From NCBI GenBank assembly GCA_964413715.1, contig CAYPSN010000001.1:10613-74612 (forward strand): DNA of 64,000 bases. Direction: 5' to 3'. A program made the position numbers and the translations under genes. The notes beneath the pieces were generated by a model, which was given only the letters and a program-made list of their open reading frames with translations, did not search any database and was not told the DNA's origin. The stretch's first letter is position 1; the number at the start of each line of letters is the position of its first letter. Of the stretch, positions 57,331 through 64,000 are shown one piece after another. This stretch comes from an uncultured Candidatus Saccharibacteria bacterium. GTDB lineage: Bacteria; Patescibacteriota; Saccharimonadia; CAILAD01; JADZBC01.

Positions 57331-59115
57331 ATGAAAGAAATCCTGCGCATCATTCGCTACTCCTGGAAACTCTGGCGCTACTATCTGGGTATCGCACTGC
57401 TCGTAATCATAGTTTCCTTGCTGGCATTGGCCACCCCATTTTTAGTAAAAGCTATTGTTGACGCCTTAGTCGCGAATACTGGTGGGGCAACGTATGGTGC
57501 CGCCTACTTTGCGGCCATAATTGGACTAATTTTTGTAACCAATCTGGCCACAACGCTGCTTTCGAACGTAAATGGCTACCTGGGTGACATGATGTCAGTG
57601 AAGCTTAATACGCTCCTAAGCCAGCGTTATTACGACCATCTGCTGTCATTGCCAATTGAATACTACGACAACGAAATGGCCGGTAAGATTACTGCGCGCC
57701 TCGAGCGCAGCATTGGCACCGTGAGTACGCTTATGCAAACGCTCGCTAACAACTTTGCCCAGTTCTTTTTAACGACATTTATTACGCTCGTTTTAATTAG
57801 CTACTACTCTTGGCCGGTCGCCCTGCTGCTTATTGTGATCTTTCCGACGTATATTTACATTACACAGCTATCGAGCAGAGATTGGCAGAAGCGACAGGAA
57901 GGAATTAACCTTGACTTGGACTCGGCGAATGGACGGTTTGTAGAGTCGATCGGTCAAATTCGCGTTGTTAAGTCCTTCGCGACCGAGGCTATAGAGTCAG
58001 CTTTCTTCCGAGGCAAACGAAAGTCAATTGAGCAGCAAACGCAGGGTCAATCTGTGCGTTGGCATAATTACGATGTGGCCCGACGAATTGTGCTTAACAT
58101 TGTGTTTGCGCTGATTTACGGTTTTATTACCTGGCAAGCATTTCGCAAGTCTATTACCCTGGGTGAATTTACCCTCCTTCTACAGCTGGTCAATCAAGCG
58201 CAGATGCCACTGTTTGGTTCGTCGTTTATTGTGGATGCAATTCAGCGCGCCAAAGCTGGTAGCAAGGATTACTTTGCGGTTATGCAGACCGAACCTAGCA
58301 TTGGCGATGAAAAGGGCGCAAAATCACTTAAACTGCGCCAAGCGGCCATTAGTTACAATGACGTTTTTTTTGGGTATAAAGGTGGCAAACAAGTTCTTAA
58401 AAATGTCAGCTTCGAGGTCTTGCCGGGGCAGAAGGTTGCTTTGGTGGGTGAAAGTGGTGAAGGCAAGAGTACCATTGCAAACCTGATGCTGAGATTCTAC
58501 GAGCTGGATGGCGGTTCAATTGCAATTGACGGCAAAAACATTGCCAAAGTTACGCAAGTAAGCCTGCGCAAAAACATCGCTGTTGTGTTTCAGGAGCCAG
58601 CGCTCTTTTCTGGTACTGTGGCCGAAAACATTGCCTACGGTAGTGGCAAAGTATCGCAGCAACAGCTGGAGAAGGCAGCTAAGGCTGCAAATGCCCTTGG
58701 CTTTATTAACAAGCTAGAGAAGGGCTTCGATACGCAGATAGGTGAGCGCGGGGTGCGCTTGTCGGGTGGTCAAAAGCAGCGCATTGCAATAGCGCGCGCT
58801 ATTCTTAAGGACGCGCCAATCTTGATTCTTGATGAGGCTACCAGCTCGCTTGATAGTAAAGCGGAGCGAGAAGTGCAGTCAGCACTCGAAAGGCTCATGA
58901 AAGGTCGCACGACGCTGATTATTGCTCACCGGCTGAGTACGATCGCTAATGTGGATGTGGTGATTGGTCTTAAGGGTGGCGAAATCGCAGAAATTGGCTC
59001 GCCAGCAGAGCTCGCCAAGGGGAACGGTATTTACGCCGAACTCTTGAGCTTGCAATCAGACACACCAAGCAAACAGACCAAGGCTAAGTTAAAGCAATTC
59101 GAAATTATTAAGTAA
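57331..59115 (+). CDS. ABC exporter, fused permease/ATPase (MsbA-like)
   Basis: TM domain plus GESGEGKST, LSGGQKQR, LDEATSSLD, IAHRL. Confidence 0.93.
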   Translation: MKEILRIIRYSWKLWRYYLGIALLVIIVSLLALATPFLVKAIVDALVANTGGATYGAAYFAAIIGLIFVTNLATTLLSNVNGYLGDMMSVKLNTLLSQRYYDHLLSLPIEYYDNEMAGKITARLERSIGTVSTLMQTLANNFAQFFLTTFITLVLISYYSWPVALLLIVIFPTYIYITQLSSRDWQKRQEGINLDLDSANGRFVESIGQIRVVKSFATEAIESAFFRGKRKSIEQQTQGQSVRWHNYDVARRIVLNIVFALIYGFITWQAFRKSITLGEFTLLLQLVNQAQMPLFGSSFIVDAIQRAKAGSKDYFAVMQTEPSIGDEKGAKSLKLRQAAISYNDVFFGYKGGKQVLKNVSFEVLPGQKVALVGESGEGKSTIANLMLRFYELDGGSIAIDGKNIAKVTQVSLRKNIAVVFQEPALFSGTVAENIAYGSGKVSQQQLEKAAKAANALGFINKLEKGFDTQIGERGVRLSGGQKQRIAIARAILKDAPILILDEATSSLDSKAEREVQSALERLMKGRTTLIIAHRLSTIANVDVVIGLKGGEIAEIGSPAELAKGNGIYAELLSLQSDTPSKQTKAKLKQFEIIK

Positions 59116-59230
59116 GTAGCTTGTCGTAAGGTTGTATTTTCAACTATAATAACAGACATAAGCTTTTATAAATTAGCTCAAAAGTGAGGGTGATATCGCT
59201 AAGAAATTAGCAAGACATGCAGCCGGTACG

Positions 59231-62200
59231 ATGCGACGCGCAGCAGAGCGTGGTCGTGCTGTATTGGTGCGCTCCAAGCTGCCGCATCATGCAAAGAAAG
59301 CCACAGCACTCGTAGCGCTCCATGCTAGGCGGGCTCACGGTGCTACACTCGGAAAGGCGCATGGGCATTTGACCAACAAAGTTCCGGCCTATCGCAAATG
59401 GCATGGCTGGAAACATCATAAGCACGTGCACCACGGGGTATTGGCCACTGTGTTGGTCGCGGCCACATTAAATATCGTACTTTACCGCTCGGCTTTTGCC
59501 CTTTCGGACATCACTCAGTTATGGAACTTTTCTAGTCAGTCTGACTACACACTGTCAGATGCCAATGCATTGGAATATAACGGCAATAGCGTCCGCCTAA
59601 AGACGCAAAACTATACGAATGATGCCAGCACTATGGCCTTGTATCACTTGGATGAATCAAATGGTACATCGGCAACTGACAGTTCGAGCAACGCTAATGC
59701 TGGTACTCTCGCTAATTCTCCGACTTGGGGCACAGGCAATCTTAACAATGCTCTTGCGCTCAACGGCACAAATCAAAGTGTTAGTGCTGCCGATTCAAGC
59801 TCACTTTCGCTTTCTCAAAGCAGTACTCTAGAGGCGTGGACGAAGTTGGGTTCTAGTTTTTCAGCTAATTCGCAGCAGAATGACCAAGTGGTGCTCGACA
59901 AGGGTTCTTACAAGCTTTACTATGATCACGAAACGGGTAAGCCTACCTATGAGCTGGAGAATTCGTCGGCTACGAGCTGGACTCCACAAGCGGGCAATGG
60001 TCAGAATAACAGTTGGAATACATATGGTCCTTCAGCGGCGCGTGCCTCGGTGGTCCATAACAGTAAATTATATGTTGGTGTTGGTGGTAGTACTGGTTAT
60101 GCGCAAGTATGGGAGTATACCGGATCAGTATGGACAAAGGTCGGAGGCGAAGGCGTGAATTCCAGTTGGGCCGCCAATACTTACGAGGATGTCTATGCCC
60201 TCACTACCGACGGAACATATCTATATGCTGGCCTTGGAACAACCGCTGGAGACGCCGAAGTTTGGCGCTACAATGGTTCAAGTTGGACGAAAATTGGTGG
60301 TGATGGCATCAACTCTAGTTGGGCAGCAGCAACATACGAGACTGTATCTGGCCTAAGCTCATACGGCGGGAGCGTGTATGCGGGGCTGGGGAATACATCG
60401 GGCGATGGTGAAGTGTGGCAGTGGAATGGCTCTAGCTGGACCAAAATCGGTGGCGACGGCGTGAACTCAAGTTGGTCTTCGGCAACCATCGTCGGGGTTG
60501 TCTCGATGGCTAACGATGGGTCTAATCTATATGTCGGTACCTCTGGTAACGCTGGTGACGGGGACGTGTGGAAGTGGAATGGCTCGGTATGGAGCCAACT
60601 CGGGGGAGATGGGCTGAGTTCTAGCTGGGCTGCTAGTACCTACGAACAAGTGCCAGCATTGTTTTATCAGGCAGGGTCGTTGTATGCAGGCACAGGCACA
60701 AGTTCAGGTGACGCCGAGGTTTGGAAGTGGAATGGTAGCGCGTGGAGCCGCCTGGCGTATTCTGGTAGTACATTTGCTGCGGCTACCTATGAAGCGGTCT
60801 ATAGCATTACGGGGGACGGTACGAATATCTATGTCGGCACTGGTAATAGCCAAAACGATGGAGATGTTTATAAATACACAGGGTCGGCCTGGTCGCAGAT
60901 TGGTGGCGACGGCCTGAGCTCTGGCTGGACACAAGGCTACTATGTCTTAACCCTCAATTGGTTCAACGGCAAACTATATGCAGATTCCACACAGGCCTCA
61001 AGTGGCGATGTTTTTTATTCGTGGAATGGCTCTGCCTGGACGCGTGAAGCAGGTATGTTCTACGCCGGTACCTGGGGGATGATTAACATAAACGGTGTGC
61101 GTTCTATGACAACCGCCAACGGCAAGCTATATGCTGGTTTAGCAGGAAATTCCAATGCCAGTGTGTTTGAATACACAGGCTCAACTTGGCGGATTATTGG
61201 TGCGCCTGGTCTCAACTCCGCGTGGGGCGTGAGCCAGATCGCTGAAATTAACACCATGACGTCGATGGGTGGGCAGCTTTATATTGGTACGAGTGGAGGA
61301 CAAAATGGTGATGCTGAAGTATGGCGTTGGAACGGAACGAGCTGGAGCCAGGTGGGTGGTGATGGTATAAATTCCAGCTGGAGTGGTGTTACCCGAACTA
61401 CTAGTATGATTTCTGATGGGACCTATCTGTATGCAGGAATTGGGTCAGCCAGCTCTGCCATAGGTGAAGTGTGGCGCTATAACGGAACGAGCTGGACACG
61501 TATTGGCGGCGGCGGCGTGAATAGCGGCTGGAATGCCACCCATCGTATGATTTATTCCATGGCTCTTTATAGGGGTGAGCTCTACATAGGTGGGTATAGC
61601 GCGGCGGTAGCGGCCGGAGATCTCTGGAAGTGGAACGGATCAAGCTGGACGCAGATAGGTGGTGACGGCTTGAACTCTGGCTGGAATTTTACCTCGACAA
61701 CCAATGGAGAAGTCGGTGCATTAGCGGTATATGGCGATAAACTTTATGCTGGTGTGGGTGCGGCAGCGGGAGATGCCTCATTATGGTCGTGGGATGGAGC
61801 TTCCTGGACTAAGGTGGGGGGTGATGACGTTAATGGCAGTTGGGCGACCAGCACCTATGAACGTGTTGGGAGCATGGTTGTATATAATGGTCAGCTCTAT
61901 GCCGGCCTAGGTTCAACTGGCAGTAATGGCGAACTATGGCGCTACAATGGTTCGACTTGGGTGCAAGTTGGTGGTGATAGCCTCAATGGCAGCTGGAGTT
62001 CCTCAATTGAAAGCGTACGCTCTCTAGCGGTCTATAAAGGCAAGCTATTTGCGGGCCTTGGCGACACTCAGAACTCGGATGCTCTCATCTATTCATATGG
62101 TAATAATGGCTTCCTGCAGGGTTCAACTAGCTCATTTGATACATCCTGGCGTCATTTGGCGGCCACGTATGATGGCGCCACTATGAAACTCTACATAAAT

Positions 62201-64000
62201 GGCGTGCTCGACGCGTCGGTCTCCACCTCACTTTCGATACCTGATTTGTCTACCAAATTATATATTGGTCAGTCGCAAGGTTCACAAGGCAGCTCAACCA
62301 ACCATACATTTTTTAATGGTTCGCTCGACGAAATCCGGATTAGCAATACGGCTCGAACGAGCTTTACTACCGCGCCATACACAAGTAGCCGCGTGGGGGT
62401 TCGTTTAAATAGTGCAGTTCATACTGATGGTGTGGCAACGTGGGACGGTTTGGCAAGCAATTATAGTGCAGATGGTGGCAGTGTGCTGTTCAGGCTTTCG
62501 ATAGATGGCGGCACAACATGGAAATACTGGAACTCCAGCGCATGGGCAGATTCGAGCGGGCTCGAACAGGCAAGTTCAATCTCTGACGTGAATACCAATA
62601 TTGCTTCAATCGGCGTTACAAGCGGCGGTGTAGTTTGGCAGGCAGTATTGCAAGGAAACGGCACTCAGCGCCCGTCGATAAGCTCGGTAACACTGACTGC
62701 TACCGCAGATACCACTCCTCCAGGGCAAAACGCCGATAACGTAATTATGAAGTCGGCGCCGAGCGGCAGCACGGTAGCAGAGAGTGCCTGGACGAATGCT
62801 GCCACACCATACTTTAGCTGGGATGCCGCCATCGATACGCAATCCGCCATTACCGCTTACTGTCTCTACCTTGGGCAAAGTGGTAGCGATGATCCGCAGA
62901 CATCCAAAGGGATTTTGGGCACGAGTCCGCTTGATTTGAGTGGTACGTGTCCGTTCGCCGTGTCGGCTCAAGAGGTTGATTTGTCGGCCAATGGAATCTT
63001 GGCTAGTGCGCTCGTGAGCTCGTCGAACCCATACTACCTAAAAATCAAAGCTGTTGATAATGCCGGCAATATTGTCGCGGATAGCAAGCAGTTTGCTTTT
63101 CGCTATGATGGCACGGCTCCGACTAATCCGCTCTTCGTATCTACTCCGTCACAATTCGTAGCCAACAAGGCAGTTACCGTCACCTGGCCAACGGTTGGCG
63201 GTGATGCGGCGCTTGATAATCACTCTGGGGTAGTTGGCTTGCAGTACCGAATCGGTGCCAATGGTACTTGGTATGGCGACAATCACAGTGGAGCACAAGA
63301 CAGTACGGATGTTTTAGCGAACGACGGGAGCTACCAGACTATTGATCCGACTGACTTTGATGCTCTACAAGATGGTAATAATACAATTTACTTCCGTACT
63401 TGGGATGCTGCCGGCAATGTGTCGAATGCGTATGTAACGGGCGTAATAAAAATCAACACATCATCGCCATCTGTGCCTCAGAATCTCGAGGCGACGCCAG
63501 CGTCCAACACGGTCAACAGCTTTGCCTTTAGTTGGCTGGCGCCTGCTAGCTACGGTGGATCGGAGAGTAATCTCACCTACTGCTATACCATCAATACACT
63601 ACCATCGGTAAATACCTGTAGCTTTACTCCTGCTGGCACGACAGTGCTAGCGGCCGGAGCGTACGCTACCCAGCCTGGTCAGAATACAATGTACGTCGTT
63701 GCAAAAGATGAATCCGGCAACATTAACTATGCCACTTACGCATCAACTACGTTTACAGCTAACACCTCCGCTCCTGGAGTACCTCTCAATGCCGACATTG
63801 CGGATATTAGCGTTAAGGCTACCTCGAACTGGAAGCTGGCTATTTCTTGGGAGCAACCAACTGACGTGGGGGCAGGTGTAGCGCAATATCGCGTATTGCG
63901 TTCGCAGGATGATATTAGCTATGCACAGGTTGCCACTACTTCAGGAACGAGCTATGTCGACACAAGCCTAAGCCCTATTCGCTACTACTACAAAGTCAAA
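59231..64000 (+). CDS. Giant surface protein (partial, runs off window): LamG domain with a 14-repeat beta-propeller insert, then Ig/FN3-like domains
   Basis: Frame reads through to the window end (absent from the ORF track for lack of a stop); His/Trp-rich leader plus TM ..SAFA; LEAW..WRHLAATYDG..LYING..LDEIRIS LamG motifs; ends ..YYYKVK. Start uncertain: frame is open from 59177, with ATC 59195 after GAGGGTG. Confidence 0.85.
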   Translation, partial: MRRAAERGRAVLVRSKLPHHAKKATALVALHARRAHGATLGKAHGHLTNKVPAYRKWHGWKHHKHVHHGVLATVLVAATLNIVLYRSAFALSDITQLWNFSSQSDYTLSDANALEYNGNSVRLKTQNYTNDASTMALYHLDESNGTSATDSSSNANAGTLANSPTWGTGNLNNALALNGTNQSVSAADSSSLSLSQSSTLEAWTKLGSSFSANSQQNDQVVLDKGSYKLYYDHETGKPTYELENSSATSWTPQAGNGQNNSWNTYGPSAARASVVHNSKLYVGVGGSTGYAQVWEYTGSVWTKVGGEGVNSSWAANTYEDVYALTTDGTYLYAGLGTTAGDAEVWRYNGSSWTKIGGDGINSSWAAATYETVSGLSSYGGSVYAGLGNTSGDGEVWQWNGSSWTKIGGDGVNSSWSSATIVGVVSMANDGSNLYVGTSGNAGDGDVWKWNGSVWSQLGGDGLSSSWAASTYEQVPALFYQAGSLYAGTGTSSGDAEVWKWNGSAWSRLAYSGSTFAAATYEAVYSITGDGTNIYVGTGNSQNDGDVYKYTGSAWSQIGGDGLSSGWTQGYYVLTLNWFNGKLYADSTQASSGDVFYSWNGSAWTREAGMFYAGTWGMININGVRSMTTANGKLYAGLAGNSNASVFEYTGSTWRIIGAPGLNSAWGVSQIAEINTMTSMGGQLYIGTSGGQNGDAEVWRWNGTSWSQVGGDGINSSWSGVTRTTSMISDGTYLYAGIGSASSAIGEVWRYNGTSWTRIGGGGVNSGWNATHRMIYSMALYRGELYIGGYSAAVAAGDLWKWNGSSWTQIGGDGLNSGWNFTSTTNGEVGALAVYGDKLYAGVGAAAGDASLWSWDGASWTKVGGDDVNGSWATSTYERVGSMVVYNGQLYAGLGSTGSNGELWRYNGSTWVQVGGDSLNGSWSSSIESVRSLAVYKGKLFAGLGDTQNSDALIYSYGNNGFLQGSTSSFDTSWRHLAATYDGATMKLYINGVLDASVSTSLSIPDLSTKLYIGQSQGSQGSSTNHTFFNGSLDEIRISNTARTSFTTAPYTSSRVGVRLNSAVHTDGVATWDGLASNYSADGGSVLFRLSIDGGTTWKYWNSSAWADSSGLEQASSISDVNTNIASIGVTSGGVVWQAVLQGNGTQRPSISSVTLTATADTTPPGQNADNVIMKSAPSGSTVAESAWTNAATPYFSWDAAIDTQSAITAYCLYLGQSGSDDPQTSKGILGTSPLDLSGTCPFAVSAQEVDLSANGILASALVSSSNPYYLKIKAVDNAGNIVADSKQFAFRYDGTAPTNPLFVSTPSQFVANKAVTVTWPTVGGDAALDNHSGVVGLQYRIGANGTWYGDNHSGAQDSTDVLANDGSYQTIDPTDFDALQDGNNTIYFRTWDAAGNVSNAYVTGVIKINTSSPSVPQNLEATPASNTVNSFAFSWLAPASYGGSESNLTYCYTINTLPSVNTCSFTPAGTTVLAAGAYATQPGQNTMYVVAKDESGNINYATYASTTFTANTSAPGVPLNADIADISVKATSNWKLAISWEQPTDVGAGVAQYRVLRSQDDISYAQVATTSGTSYVDTSLSPIRYYYKVK

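Overview
Chromosomal segment of a small-genome bacterium read with genetic code 11. Gene content and order (secDF, recJ-rpsU-yqeY-ybeY-dgkA-adk-map, ftsA-ftsZ-nrdR, ileS-rodA, parAB, prmC-prfA-rpmE, hisS-typA-rel, a giant surface protein) are most consistent with Patescibacteria/CPR, probably Saccharimonadia-like; this is an inference and no marker phylogeny was run. Most of the window is housekeeping, and many genes look leaderless (a -10 box 6-8 nt before ATG). The standout is 47.9-50.2 kb: four tandem self-contained minus-strand units. Each has an AT-rich near-consensus sigma70 promoter, a GC-rich leader and ORF with high-GC (actinobacteria-like) codon usage, and the same ~50-nt 3' element, which can fold into two mutually exclusive hairpins with covariation between copies. 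Two of the four ORFs are stand-alone RNA-polymerase alpha-CTD proteins. No integrase or transposase lies in the window. Other notable items: an unassigned ~400-nt highly structured GC-rich transcript (56.86-57.26 kb), an actinobacterial-type ultrashort-stem-I ileS T-box, an Rpf-like transglycosylase, an unannotated 47-aa CxxC-tail peptide with a candidate NrdR box, a protein with 12 tandem repeats after parB, and a LamG protein with a 14-blade propeller insert that runs off the window end.
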